Assembly: GCA_027317865.1 (NCBI GenBank)
Contig: DAHVQG010000003.1
Coordinates: forward strand, 96,001 to 160,000
Direction: 5' to 3'
DNA length: 64,000 bases
Origin: Bdellovibrionales bacterium
GTDB lineage: Bacteria; Bdellovibrionota; Bdellovibrionia; Bdellovibrionales; UBA1609
The number at the start of each line of letters is the position of its first letter. Position 1 is the first letter of the stretch. Made by a program: the position numbers and the translations under genes. This document shows positions 27,815 through 37,744 of the stretch, piece by piece. The notes under the pieces are model-generated. The model saw nothing but the letters and a program-made list of their open reading frames with translations. It was not told the DNA's origin and did not search any database.

Positions 27815-28654
27815 CTAATTGACTTGCGTAGATAAGCAGGCTGATGCCGAACTCAGCGCGTTTTCGAGTCCGAAAAACGTGCTTTCACCAGGAGCAACGG
27901 GATTTATGAAATTGACGACCCCGCCATTGCACGCGGCCGGGTAATTCGAAGAGCTGACGTATCCAGATCGAGTTGAATCAAAGGTGCAGCCTTTTTGAAA
28001 ACTAAAGTATGCGTTTGGGCCGCCGTAACCGGTAGTATCCATCGGATTTGTGCTGAAATTTGTTGTTCCATTTGTGACATTGGTATGGCCTATATAGGTA
28101 TCGATTCCATCACCGTCGAAACCAAAAATGTCACTATTTGAATTTAGGCCCAGTGTTTTGATCGTCGTTGAATTGCTTATGTTGAGAACTCCGATGATCG
28201 TGTCATCAAAACCGTTACCAAAATTTGCGCCATCGTCAGACGAAGGCTGGTTTGGATTAAAGTACAGATAGACGCCACTATCAGAGACGATAATAACGGC
28301 AGTGCAGTCTGAGTTTGAACCGACGGCCGGGCAAATTGCCGCGAGCATCGTTGGCGTTACGCCCAACGGCAGCGTGGCACCGCTGACGATGTGTGTATTA
28401 CTTGTCGTGCAGGCAGCTGGAACAGAAGTTGAGACAGTCGAAGACCCTCCGCTACTGACGCCTGTATTACCATCCGTTGAACTTGTATTGCTTACGGTGC
28501 TTGTGCTGCTCGCTGAATTTGCGCCGGTTGAGCTGCTCTGCGCTAGCCCGCCGGTCTTAAATGAAACTGGTTGAGAACAATTTGTAATAAACCCTAATAA
28601 CACTGCGGCCGCCGCGAAAGAAATCGGGCGCACCAAAAGATTTTTTTGGTTCAT
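27815..28654 (-). CDS. Lipoprotein with Ser/Thr-rich linker and Gly/Asp-rich extracellular domain
   Basis: Lipobox-like ITNC, Ser/Thr stalk, then CPAVG...DDTIIGV...DIFGFDGDG...TGYGGP...FFGLE. Confidence 0.8.
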   Translation of the reverse strand: MNQKNLLVRPISFAAAAVLLGFITNCSQPVSFKTGGLAQSSSTGANSASSTSTVSNTSSTDGNTGVSSGGSSTVSTSVPAACTTSNTHIVSGATLPLGVTPTMLAAICPAVGSNSDCTAVIIVSDSGVYLYFNPNQPSSDDGANFGNGFDDTIIGVLNISNSTTIKTLGLNSNSDIFGFDGDGIDTYIGHTNVTNGTTNFSTNPMDTTGYGGPNAYFSFQKGCTFDSTRSGYVSSSNYPAACNGGVVNFINPVAPGESTFFGLENALSSASACLSTQVN

Positions 28655-28689
28655 AAAGAGTCCCCCCACAAGACTTATCTTGTTAGAAG

Positions 28690-28705
28690 AGCAACTCGCG
28701 TGCCG
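28690..28705 (-). promoter_or_regulatory. Putative sigma54 promoter
   Basis: Minus strand CGGCACGCGAGTTGCT (GG-N10-GC), about 35 bp upstream of the lipoprotein ATG. Confidence 0.7.
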
Positions 28706-28917
28706 TTCTGAAAATGAGTTTTAGTCGGCGGAAATTTCATCTTTCTCAATCTGAAACGTAAAATCACGCGACACTGAGAGCTTACTTGACACATTGCGTA
28801 TAATTTTTAAAGCGTTTATTTCAACTTGCCGCCATAAATTTGTGCACGCAGGTGCTGTTCAAATAACAAATGCGATAATTGCAAATCGATTTTTGTGGGA
28901 ATGTCTAACCATTTTGC

Positions 28918-31206
28918 TCAATAACTCGACAGCCGCGCAGGGCGATAGCTGATTTTGAGCGTGGATTCCGGAAAGTGCATCGTGTTCGCGCTATTGTCTA
29001 ACAGTTGATAAGTAATAAGGTTTCGCAGCACGAGTTTCACATAATCGCGAGTTTCGTCGTAGGGGATGTCCTCGATAAAATCTAGCGTGTTGCCGTCGTA
29101 GCGTGTTTTTAACCACGAATTAATTGCCGAGCTTCGGGCGTTGTACGAAGCAATGGTTAATACCACATCACCATCATATCGATCCCATAATTTGCGCAGG
29201 TAGGCTGCGGCGGTTGGGATATTCACTTGGGGATCATAAAGTTGGTCGGCGGAATGATACGGAATCGCGTTCGCTTTTGCCGTTCGCGCCGCCACTTGAG
29301 GCAAAATTTGCATAAGCCCGAAGGCATCCATCGGACTGCGCGCACGCGGGTTAAACGTGCTCTCTTGGCGCATGATCGCGTAAATGAGCTCCGGTTCGAC
29401 GCCAAATCGAGTTGCCGAATCGTCCACTGTTTCACTGTACGGCATCGGATAAAGCATTTTGGGATGGTTTGCGATGATACGATCGCGCATTCGACTTCCA
29501 AGATCGGCGAGTTTCGAAAACATTAACGAATAATTTTTAGATAGCGAATACGCGCGCAGCAGGGCGACCCAACTGGCTGTGTCGTTGGGTGCCTCATGTT
29601 GAAGTCTAAAGGCGACGTGGTTTAAATATTTACCAGCGATATGCGTCTCATTTACTGAAATGAGCCAATCCAAATAAACCGGGTCCATATCCTTTTTTAA
29701 CCGGCTCGTGAGATATTTTTTTGTGGGAACCGGATCGTCGCTCTCGCCCACACTCACATCGGCCGGATTACGCAGTAAACCCGCGCTAAGATGTTTGTTC
29801 AGTTCGCGTGCCGCAAGGAGCCCGTAGTACCCGAACTGATCGTCTTTAATTAGCGATGTAAAATCGGCTCGTGCTTCTTTGGTGTTGATGCTCCGGTCTT
29901 TCGAAGTTTGTTCCAGAGTTTTAGCTAACCAAAATTTATATTTCGCTTTTTCAAATGCATCTTTGCTGTTGTAAGCAAGCGTCTTTAAGATTGGAATAGC
30001 CTTGCCGTATTGACCAATTGTGCGTTCATCCCATGCCAAATTCCATAAAATTCGATTTTTGAAATCGCGGGTTGCAATCTGTTCTTTGAGTGCACGGTGG
30101 TACCAATCGATGGCCCATTTAAAATTGCGCCGTTCTTCATCGATTCGTCCATGAAGCCAATCGACTTCGGCGAGCGAGGCCCGGCCTTTAAGCGAACGCT
30201 GAAGTATCCACAGTAGATCAAGGGCGCGGTGGTCATGGTTTTGTGTCCATTCATCTTCCGTGACCTCGATTAAAGTGTTCATGTATAGAGCAATGTTAGC
30301 CGGGGTTTTTTCTGAATTTCTGTAGATACGTTCTATGTATCTGGCCATATCACGGCTGATCGCAAGAGAGTGATGCTGGTTGAGTTCAATTTTATACATG
30401 AGCCGCAAGCCCTGAAATGCGGCGATTTTATCGTCGACGGTGAAGTCCCGGCCACGCAATATGGCGAGATAATAGCGATGGGCCCAATAAAAGTCGCGGC
30501 GATAGCGAAAATCATCGGCGACTTCGAGAAATTGACTGGGGCTCGGGTGTGGATTGCGGCTGGGTGACAAGCTGTAAATGCGGGTTTGAATTTCATTTAT
30601 TAGTGCGCGTCGTTTTGCCCACGAACAATGCATCCAGCGGGCTGCTCGTAACGCGAGTTCGCTGTACCGGATTTTTTCTTCACGCGGCAGCCACTCACGC
30701 GACTTTTTCAGGTAAAGGTAAACGAGTTCGTTGTCGCTCCTTAGGAGTATTGCATTTCGTATCTCGGCATTGAGTTTGAGACCTTGTAGCCAGGACGGGA
30801 ATTTTATTGAGTTGAGCGAACTCAAGTGAGCTAAATCGGGGTCATTTTTGGGGCAGACGAGATATGCCCGTAATAATGCCAGATGATGAAGCGGAAAAGC
30901 CGGCACTTGCGCGAGCGACGCATAATTTTCGCACGCAATTTTCGGATCTTTTTTTGTCCAGAGTTCGGCGCGGCGATAGTCAGCCCACCATACCGTGCTC
31001 GGATCGGGATGTTCCGTTGCAAGCTTGTTCAAAAATAAATCGACGCTACCTAGGTCATTGTCGCTCGAAACTTCGCTATTGAGAACCAAGCCTTGTGTAG
31101 TCGGTGGCTCAGGTTCGACGGCCACGCGTTTTGTCTTTAAAGTCGCGCAACCCGAGGCAAAAAGAAGTCCGTACCCGAGCCATATTACAAAAAACCGATT
31201 CCCCAT
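28918..31206 (-). CDS. slt: Soluble lytic murein transglycosylase (Slt70-like), lipoprotein
   Basis: Lipobox ASGC, TPR-like helical region, AIMRQES, GLMQI, ASYNA and IPYDETRDYVK motifs. Confidence 0.9.
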   Translation of the reverse strand: MGNRFFVIWLGYGLLFASGCATLKTKRVAVEPEPPTTQGLVLNSEVSSDNDLGSVDLFLNKLATEHPDPSTVWWADYRRAELWTKKDPKIACENYASLAQVPAFPLHHLALLRAYLVCPKNDPDLAHLSSLNSIKFPSWLQGLKLNAEIRNAILLRSDNELVYLYLKKSREWLPREEKIRYSELALRAARWMHCSWAKRRALINEIQTRIYSLSPSRNPHPSPSQFLEVADDFRYRRDFYWAHRYYLAILRGRDFTVDDKIAAFQGLRLMYKIELNQHHSLAISRDMARYIERIYRNSEKTPANIALYMNTLIEVTEDEWTQNHDHRALDLLWILQRSLKGRASLAEVDWLHGRIDEERRNFKWAIDWYHRALKEQIATRDFKNRILWNLAWDERTIGQYGKAIPILKTLAYNSKDAFEKAKYKFWLAKTLEQTSKDRSINTKEARADFTSLIKDDQFGYYGLLAARELNKHLSAGLLRNPADVSVGESDDPVPTKKYLTSRLKKDMDPVYLDWLISVNETHIAGKYLNHVAFRLQHEAPNDTASWVALLRAYSLSKNYSLMFSKLADLGSRMRDRIIANHPKMLYPMPYSETVDDSATRFGVEPELIYAIMRQESTFNPRARSPMDAFGLMQILPQVAARTAKANAIPYHSADQLYDPQVNIPTAAAYLRKLWDRYDGDVVLTIASYNARSSAINSWLKTRYDGNTLDFIEDIPYDETRDYVKLVLRNLITYQLLDNSANTMHFPESTLKISYRPARLSSY

Positions 31207-31276
31207 CCTATAATTGTAAAACAGTGGGGGGCGAGCCAGACAGTCCTAACGCTAGAGGGCTTCTTAAAAACTTACT

Positions 31277-32254
31277 TTAAGTTCGCCGTAATGAAACGGT
31301 TGTGGCGACTCCGCCGACGACCAAAGCCGCTCCTAAATAGCCGCGCCAGTGGATGGGCTCAGGTGAAATAAAGTGTAGTCCGAATTCGGCGATAAGACCT
31401 ACAAGCAAAATCGTGATTAATGGGTTCATCGTAATTACGAGACTGACGTAGCTAGCCGGGATGCGGTGTATAGCTTCAGCGAACGATCCATAAGCGATTA
31501 TCGTGTTCAACCCCAAAATAAAAAGGATAACCCAATCCCAAGGGGTGAAAGCGTCCGGCCGGAATGGAGACAATTCCGAAAATCGGGCAAGCGGCAAAAG
31601 TGCGACCGCACAGACCGTGAAAATCAATAAGTTCACTTCTTGGGGGTTGAGCTTTGTCTCATTTTTCGTCTCGTGCCCGGTTGGGTCGGATCTTTGAGAC
31701 ATAACTTTCTTCTGAATCGTTGCAAATAGAGCCCACGCTACGCCACCTGCGGCAATCCAGGATGTTCCCAAAACGTACTTGTACAAACCGCCACTTGACG
31801 AATGGAGGGTCATCGCAGTTCGACCTTGATCCCAATCGAAAAAGAAAAAACCCAAAACCGCAAGGGCAACGCCTGCCCACTGAGCGGGCACCATTGACTC
31901 TTTGAAATAAAAAACACCGACTAACGCGAGAAGTAGGGGGCCAATTTGTACGACGATTTGCGCGTTACTGGCGGAGGTAAAAGCAAGCCCATTCATATAA
32001 CCGAAATAGTTGAACGATAAAAATATTGCGGCAATGATTAGTGCCAAAGGCGCGTTAGAAATGATCTTCTTGTAAGTTTGGGGCTTACGAATGACAAAGT
32101 AGAGGTTCATAAGCGTGGCCGCGCACAGCATGCGAAACCATACAATCGTGCCGGGCGAAGCGAAATGAAGCGCGTACTTTAATATTATTGCAAGAACCGC
32201 CCAGCAAAGAGCGGTCACAATCGCAAATGAAATTCCTTTAGAAAATGGGGTCAC
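31277..32254 (-). CDS. DMT/EamA-family transporter
   Basis: About 10 TM segments, TALCW and GLAFTSASNAQ motifs; GTG start inferred. Confidence 0.88.
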   Translation of the reverse strand: MTPFSKGISFAIVTALCWAVLAIILKYALHFASPGTIVWFRMLCAATLMNLYFVIRKPQTYKKIISNAPLALIIAAIFLSFNYFGYMNGLAFTSASNAQIVVQIGPLLLALVGVFYFKESMVPAQWAGVALAVLGFFFFDWDQGRTAMTLHSSSGGLYKYVLGTSWIAAGGVAWALFATIQKKVMSQRSDPTGHETKNETKLNPQEVNLLIFTVCAVALLPLARFSELSPFRPDAFTPWDWVILFILGLNTIIAYGSFAEAIHRIPASYVSLVITMNPLITILLVGLIAEFGLHFISPEPIHWRGYLGAALVVGGVATTVSLRRT

Positions 32255-32273
32255 AAAATGGCATTGACTTTCT

Positions 32274-33155
32274 TTATCTGCCCGACTGCAGGCGACGGAT
32301 GCGAGCTTCAAGTGGTGGATGGGTTGCAAAAATCGCCATGAGTGGTGAGCGCGCGCGGCCGGCAATTTTTAGCGTCGACACCGTCTGACTTTTCGGATTT
32401 ACAAGGGCTTGCATGCTTTCTAATGCCTGCAATGCCGAGATCATTTTGTCACGGCCGGCATATTTCGCGCTACCGGCATCGGCACGAAATTCACGACGAC
32501 GTGAATAGGGAGCGATAACCAGAGCCGTTCCTAATAAGAATAGGACGTTCTCAAGTACGATCATGACGGCAAAACTCAAGAAAAACGAATTGCGTCGATT
32601 GCCAAGAACCATATTGGTTACAATGTCGGCGACAAAGTAAACAACGGAATTGATCACGCCTTGCAGAAGAGTCATGGTCACCATGTCCCCGTTTGCAATG
32701 TGCGTGATTTCGTGACCTAAAACGCCTTCGAGTTGGTCAACGTTCATGCGATTGAGTAACCCCGATGAAATTGCAATCATCGAGTTGTGTTTGGACGGGC
32801 CCGTAGCAAACGCATTCACTTCTTGGCTCGGATAAATTCCGACTTCGGGCATTTTCGGCAATTGAGCGCGTTTGGCGAGGCTGTAGACGATATCAAGAAG
32901 CCGTCGTAGCGATGGATCGTGGGTATTCGGGTCGATGACCTGTACGCCCAGCCGGCGTTTTGCGAACCATTTTGACAGAAGAAGAGAAATAAAAGCGCCG
33001 CCGAAACCAAAGAGAACGCAGTATGCGATGAGAAACGGATAACCTTGGGTGGGGATGTGAAAAACTGAGGCCAGAATGCTGAACACAATGCTGACCATGA
33101 AAAACACGAGAAAGTTCAGCGTAATAAAAAGAAATACTCGTTTTGCAATTGCCAT
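32274..33155 (-). CDS. htpX: Membrane zinc protease HtpX
   Basis: NAFATG, GHEITHIANGDMVT, SRRREFRAD and THPPL motifs. Confidence 0.95.
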   Translation of the reverse strand: MAIAKRVFLFITLNFLVFFMVSIVFSILASVFHIPTQGYPFLIAYCVLFGFGGAFISLLLSKWFAKRRLGVQVIDPNTHDPSLRRLLDIVYSLAKRAQLPKMPEVGIYPSQEVNAFATGPSKHNSMIAISSGLLNRMNVDQLEGVLGHEITHIANGDMVTMTLLQGVINSVVYFVADIVTNMVLGNRRNSFFLSFAVMIVLENVLFLLGTALVIAPYSRRREFRADAGSAKYAGRDKMISALQALESMQALVNPKSQTVSTLKIAGRARSPLMAIFATHPPLEARIRRLQSGR

Positions 33156-33168
33156 AATTTTTTAGCTC

Positions 33169-35460
33169 CTATTTTTTCGCGCTTTCACTTTTAACGGCCT
33201 CAGTCTTAGTAAACGTCAGCTGATCGTCCTTAACGTCGACTAAAACCCGACCGCCTTTGGTGAGCGACCCGAACAGAATATCGTCAACCAGCGGTTTTTT
33301 CAAATGTTCGTCTACGGTTCGTGCAAAAGGGCGTGCGCCGTATTGCGGCTGGTGCCCCTTTTTAAATAGCCAGCGCACGGCTTCTGGCGAAACCGTAAGG
33401 TTGATCTTTTTCTTTTTAAGTTGGTCGGCGAGCTCAGCGATAAATTTTTCAACAACTCGAATGAGTAGCGGTTCATCGAGGCTGCCAAATTCAATAATGC
33501 CGTCGAGCCGATTTAAGAATTCAGGGCGAAATTGTTTTTTTATGGCGTCAAGTGAACGCGCTGAACTTCGCTCGGGAAGTACGCCCATCGCGCCTTTTGA
33601 GGCCTCGAACGCTCCCGCATTGCTAGTCATAATTAAAATTGCATGGGTAAAATCAGCCACTCGGCCGTTGTTATCGGTGAGCTTTCCGTTGTCCATAACT
33701 TGAAGTAAAATGTTGATCAGATCGGGGTGGGCTTTTTCGATTTCATCCATCAACACGACGGCGTGCGGGTGTTTATTGAGCGCTTCGGTCAATTGGCCGC
33801 CTTCTTCGTAGCCTACATATCCGGGGGGGGCGCCGACGAGACGAGACACCGCGTGTTTTTCCATGTACTCGCTCATATCGAAGCGCAGAAATTCAATACC
33901 TAAATTTTTTGCCAGTTGTTTGGCAAGTTCTGTTTTGCCGACGCCAGTGGGGCCAGCGAACAAAAATGAACCGATGGGTTTGTTTTCGCGACCCAAGCCG
34001 GTGCGTGCAAGCTTAATGGCCGATGCCATCTTTGTGACGGCGGCATCTTGACCAAAAATGACCGCTTTCAAGTCATCTTCAAGTGTTTTCATTCTTTCTT
34101 TGTCTGAAACGGTCACGCTTGCAACGGGAACTTGCGCCATTGACGAAACAACTTTTTCGACATCTTTTACCGAAACTGCCTGGCGATCATCAGACAATGA
34201 TTCGATTCGGATGCGCGCACCGACTTCGTCCATGACGTCAATGGCTTTATCGGGCAATTGCCGGCCGTTTATATATTTTGCCGACAATTCCGCTGCGGCT
34301 CGCAATGTCGCTTTTGAATAGCTGACATTGTGATGGTCTTCGTATTTGTGCTTTAAACCTTCAAGAATCTTGACCGTGTCTTCAACGCTCGGTTCGTGTA
34401 CGTCGATACGTTGAAATCGCCGTGCGAGGGCCCGGTCTTTTTCAAACGCATTTCGATACTCTTTATGGGTTGTCGAACCGATACAACTAATAGAGCCGTC
34501 AGCAAGCGCCGGTTTTAATAAATTCGAAGCATCCATAGCGCTACCGGTTGTGCCGCCCGCTCCGACGACGGTATGAATTTCGTCGATAAACAGAATTGCT
34601 TTCTTGCGCTTTTTTAAATCCGTTACGACGCCTTTAATGCGCTCCTCAAAATCGCCGCGAAATTTGGTGCCGGCGATCAACGCTCCCATATCGAGGGAGA
34701 AAATCTCCGCTTCACGCAGATTTTTGGGAACGTTACCATCAACAATTCGTTGTGCAAGCCCGTCGGCCAATGCCGTTTTGCCAACGCCGGCCTCGCCGAT
34801 GAATAAAGGATTATTTTTTGTTCTTCGGGCTAAAACCTGTATCGCGCGGCTAATGACGTCTTCACGGCCGATAAGAGGATCGGTTTTGCCCTGTTTGACC
34901 CGTTCGTTCAGATTTACGGTAAACGCTTCAAGCGGCGACTGCGTTTGCTGATTGGGAGAACCTTGCGCATTGCCGGTACCGTCATCCGGCGATTGAAGCG
35001 GCAAACCACTTCGGTTCGGAACGACTCCGTGTGAAATGTAGTTAATAATATCGAATTGTTGAACCCCGTATTTTTCGAGAAAGTAAACGGCGTGCGATTG
35101 ACGTTCGTTAAAAAGCGCAACCAGCACGTAACCGGTGGTCACTTCGCTTTTGCCGGCGCTTTGCACTTGGATGGCCGCGCGTTGCAAAAGTCGATGAAAC
35201 GCAATGGTAAGCTCGGGCTTCCAGGTCGGGAATTTTTGTATTACCGAATTATCGATCTTGGGGGCGTGTTGCGTTAAAAATGTTTCGAGTTCACCGCGTA
35301 ATCGAGGGATGTCCGCTCCGCAGTTGACAAGAATTTCATTCGCGTCTGGATTGTCAAGCAAAGCGAGCAGCACGTGTTCAAGACTCACAAATTCATGATG
35401 GTTCATGGCCGCGAGCCGTACCGCTTCGTTTAATGATTGTTCCAGCTTTGGATTGAGCAT
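33169..35460 (-). CDS. clpA: ATP-dependent Clp protease ATPase subunit
   Basis: Two AAA modules (GEAGVGKT, GPTGVGKT), RFDMSEYMEKH and no ClpB middle domain; adjacent to clpS. Confidence 0.96.
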   Translation of the reverse strand: MLNPKLEQSLNEAVRLAAMNHHEFVSLEHVLLALLDNPDANEILVNCGADIPRLRGELETFLTQHAPKIDNSVIQKFPTWKPELTIAFHRLLQRAAIQVQSAGKSEVTTGYVLVALFNERQSHAVYFLEKYGVQQFDIINYISHGVVPNRSGLPLQSPDDGTGNAQGSPNQQTQSPLEAFTVNLNERVKQGKTDPLIGREDVISRAIQVLARRTKNNPLFIGEAGVGKTALADGLAQRIVDGNVPKNLREAEIFSLDMGALIAGTKFRGDFEERIKGVVTDLKKRKKAILFIDEIHTVVGAGGTTGSAMDASNLLKPALADGSISCIGSTTHKEYRNAFEKDRALARRFQRIDVHEPSVEDTVKILEGLKHKYEDHHNVSYSKATLRAAAELSAKYINGRQLPDKAIDVMDEVGARIRIESLSDDRQAVSVKDVEKVVSSMAQVPVASVTVSDKERMKTLEDDLKAVIFGQDAAVTKMASAIKLARTGLGRENKPIGSFLFAGPTGVGKTELAKQLAKNLGIEFLRFDMSEYMEKHAVSRLVGAPPGYVGYEEGGQLTEALNKHPHAVVLMDEIEKAHPDLINILLQVMDNGKLTDNNGRVADFTHAILIMTSNAGAFEASKGAMGVLPERSSARSLDAIKKQFRPEFLNRLDGIIEFGSLDEPLLIRVVEKFIAELADQLKKKKINLTVSPEAVRWLFKKGHQPQYGARPFARTVDEHLKKPLVDDILFGSLTKGGRVLVDVKDDQLTFTKTEAVKSESAKK

Positions 35461-35476
35461 GTTGTTTTCGTGCTCC

Positions 35477-35821
35477 TTACGCTTTCTCCATCACGCATTT
35501 AAGCGGATGCTGATTTTTTCGCGCGTAATCGTTCACAATATACACCTTAGTTTCTGCAATTTCGTGACTGAATACTCCGGCGACGCCTGAACCTTGATGA
35601 TGAACCTGCAGCATAATTGTATTCGCCTCCTCGATGGTTTTGCTAAAAAACTTCTGCAAAACGTGGACCACAAAATCCATCGGCGTGAAATCATCGTTGA
35701 GCAAAACCACCTTGTAAAATGACGGTTCTTTCAGCTCCGGTTTCGGTTTGACGAGCGTTTGGGTACCACTGCGTCCATCGTTGCCTTCGTTATTATTGTC
35801 AGGAGTGGACTCGTCAGCCAC
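35477..35821 (-). CDS. clpS: Clp protease adaptor
   Basis: [22 protein letters not shown] and EIAETK motifs. Confidence 0.96.
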   Translation of the reverse strand: MADESTPDNNNEGNDGRSGTQTLVKPKPELKEPSFYKVVLLNDDFTPMDFVVHVLQKFFSKTIEEANTIMLQVHHQGSGVAGVFSHEIAETKVYIVNDYARKNQHPLKCVMEKA

Positions 35822-35919
35822 GTCGACCTCGTTTAATTAAGAATTTGTGGCGAAAACAAAATTCGTCAAGTTGTCGCTGTTTCTAATTTTAACATAGACT
35901 ATGGCGGGGGAGATAGCAC

Positions 35920-36687
35920 TTAGCCGGGTTCGACGAGCGACTCTTTAACGACCTTCCAGACGCTTTCATTGAGACTGTCGGGGCTGATCACCAAAACGGG
36001 AATAGGGTCACTTTCGACCGACTTTTGCACAGTTGATGGCACGACGCCGTAGCCGCCAAATTCGTCGAACCATAGCTTTCGCAACGCGAGTGAGTTACTG
36101 ATAAAAGTCTTGGTGCCGGACTTACGTTTCTGCTGGCCGTATTCGAACGGACTCATGACGCAAAATTGCTTACTCGATTCAACAGTTTCAAGGGTTTGAA
36201 CGCCAAGCTCGAGAAAGTGGCGAAGTTTAGCACGTCCCGGCATGCGCGCGGTTAAAATTATGTCGAAGTCGCCATTTAAAAATTTGGCGTCGAGATCGTC
36301 TTGATCGATGACATCAAGTTGAACCGTTTTGGCCTTTGAGTGATCAAGTATTGCATGGGCCGCTTTGAGTGCGAGCGTACCTAGACCTTCAAGCGTCCCC
36401 ATGTGAATGTGCGGCGGAAACTGCTCCTCAAGAGCTTCACGTAGCGCACTTTCAAGCCGGCGTGAATTTTGGGAATAAACTTCGGCTAGTCGATACGCTG
36501 CCGGCGTCCACGCGGCTTTGCGGCGTGCACTTCGATCGAGAAGCGTCACCGAAAATTCTTTTTCTAGCTGACTGATCAGTCGCGACAACTGCGGTTGGCT
36601 GAGTCCGACATGCGCGCTCGCTCCCGTAAGATTTTTGTAAGCGATCGAACGCGTGAGAACCGAAAGTGGCCAGTGAAGTGTATCCAT
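35920..36687 (-). CDS. LysR-family transcriptional regulator (short)
   Basis: HTH LTGASAHVGLSQPQLSRLISQLE...LLDR; start at MDTLHW inferred. Confidence 0.85.
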   Translation of the reverse strand: MDTLHWPLSVLTRSIAYKNLTGASAHVGLSQPQLSRLISQLEKEFSVTLLDRSARRKAAWTPAAYRLAEVYSQNSRRLESALREALEEQFPPHIHMGTLEGLGTLALKAAHAILDHSKAKTVQLDVIDQDDLDAKFLNGDFDIILTARMPGRAKLRHFLELGVQTLETVESSKQFCVMSPFEYGQQKRKSGTKTFISNSLALRKLWFDEFGGYGVVPSTVQKSVESDPIPVLVISPDSLNESVWKVVKESLVEPG

Positions 36688-36771
36688 TGGGGAGTGAATT
36701 AACTCGCCAGCCGCCAAATATTCAAGAAGATTTTTGCGATTTGTTGTGGCGACCGGCAAATGATGCACAAT

Positions 36772-36892
36772 ATGAGCTAAGCTTGTTTTGCTGAGAACAT
36801 TCGAATCCGAAGTTGAGGCGCGGGTGGTAGAATCGTTTTTACTAGCGGCGGGGATTGATGGGCACCCGTTGCAAAGAGTTCAAACGCAGTGA
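36772..36892 (+). pseudogene. Frameshifted, truncated DUF2007-like (putative signal-transducing) gene remnant
   Basis: ATG at 36772 followed by one extra A; the shifted frame reads AKLVLLRTFESEVEARVVESFLLAAGID and stops at 36892. Confidence 0.45.
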
Positions 36893-36943
36893 CATAAAAA
36901 GGCATTCATTGGTATGGCGGATTGAACTCGGACGTTTTAATGC

Positions 36944-36959
36944 TGGCTTTTGATTTGCA
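36944..36959 (+). promoter_or_regulatory. Putative sigma54 promoter
   Basis: TGGCTTTTGATTTGCA (GG-N10-GC), 13 bp upstream of ATG 36972. Confidence 0.5.
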
Positions 36960-36971
36960 TTTAGTCGGCTG

Positions 36972-37715
36972 ATGCGCCTTTTGACCGTCATGATTTTGTT
37001 ACTGAGTTTTGCCAGTGCCGCCTTTGCCGATTCGAGCGCGTCACCGATAACCCGTGCTCAAATCGCCCGTCAATGTTTCGGGCGCGCTTTGATTCAAACG
37101 GTTGCATCTGGTAGCGGCATCGGCGATCACAATTGCCCGACGACTTATCTCAGCGCGGGTGATTTTGTCCGAATATTGTCGAGCGAGTTTAAATACGGTT
37201 TCGCCACAGACGAGACACGGCAAACGGTGCGTGATTCGTTGGCCGACGTTCACGTGATATTGGCTCAGCCGTTAGAAACGAACCTTTTAAAAATCTCGCA
37301 ACTTCTCGACTTGCAGGGTCGCCTTGCCGCACGATCTGACCTTGCGGCCAGCAATCAGCAGGCGATGTTTCGCCTTGATCGCGCCATCCGGTATTTGGTG
37401 CGCAAGATTTACCGGCAAATTCGCTATCACGAATTGTTGATTCTCGCCGATCGTAACCCTGGCCGCTATCTGCAGCTTATTCAACGCTATTCGCGTCAAC
37501 TCATTAATGACGACGTTGCTCTGGCACGGTACCCCTTAACCGCAGAAATTCTGAGATTGACGGCAAAGCGGGGGCACTACTTGCAAATCATCATGCATAT
37601 CATGCGGGCGAATAGCCGAATACTTAAATCGAACTCCCGCAGACGGCGAGCTTGCGCCGACATTTTGCAAGAACTAATGCCGGCTTCTGCGAGTTCGCGA
37701 GTCAGCCGGCTATAG
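36972..37715 (+). CDS. Secreted hypothetical protein
   Basis: Clear signal peptide ending AFA; helical and basic; C-terminal RRRACADIL. Confidence 0.78.
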   Translation: MRLLTVMILLLSFASAAFADSSASPITRAQIARQCFGRALIQTVASGSGIGDHNCPTTYLSAGDFVRILSSEFKYGFATDETRQTVRDSLADVHVILAQPLETNLLKISQLLDLQGRLAARSDLAASNQQAMFRLDRAIRYLVRKIYRQIRYHELLILADRNPGRYLQLIQRYSRQLINDDVALARYPLTAEILRLTAKRGHYLQIIMHIMRANSRILKSNSRRRRACADILQELMPASASSRVSRL

Positions 37716-37744
37716 ACAAATTCATGATTGGCGCGGTCGACTTT

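Noticed and set aside
36859-36873. TGGGCACCCGTTGCA, a sigma54-like motif
   Set aside because: Spacing is 9 at best, and it lies within the pseudogene remnant.
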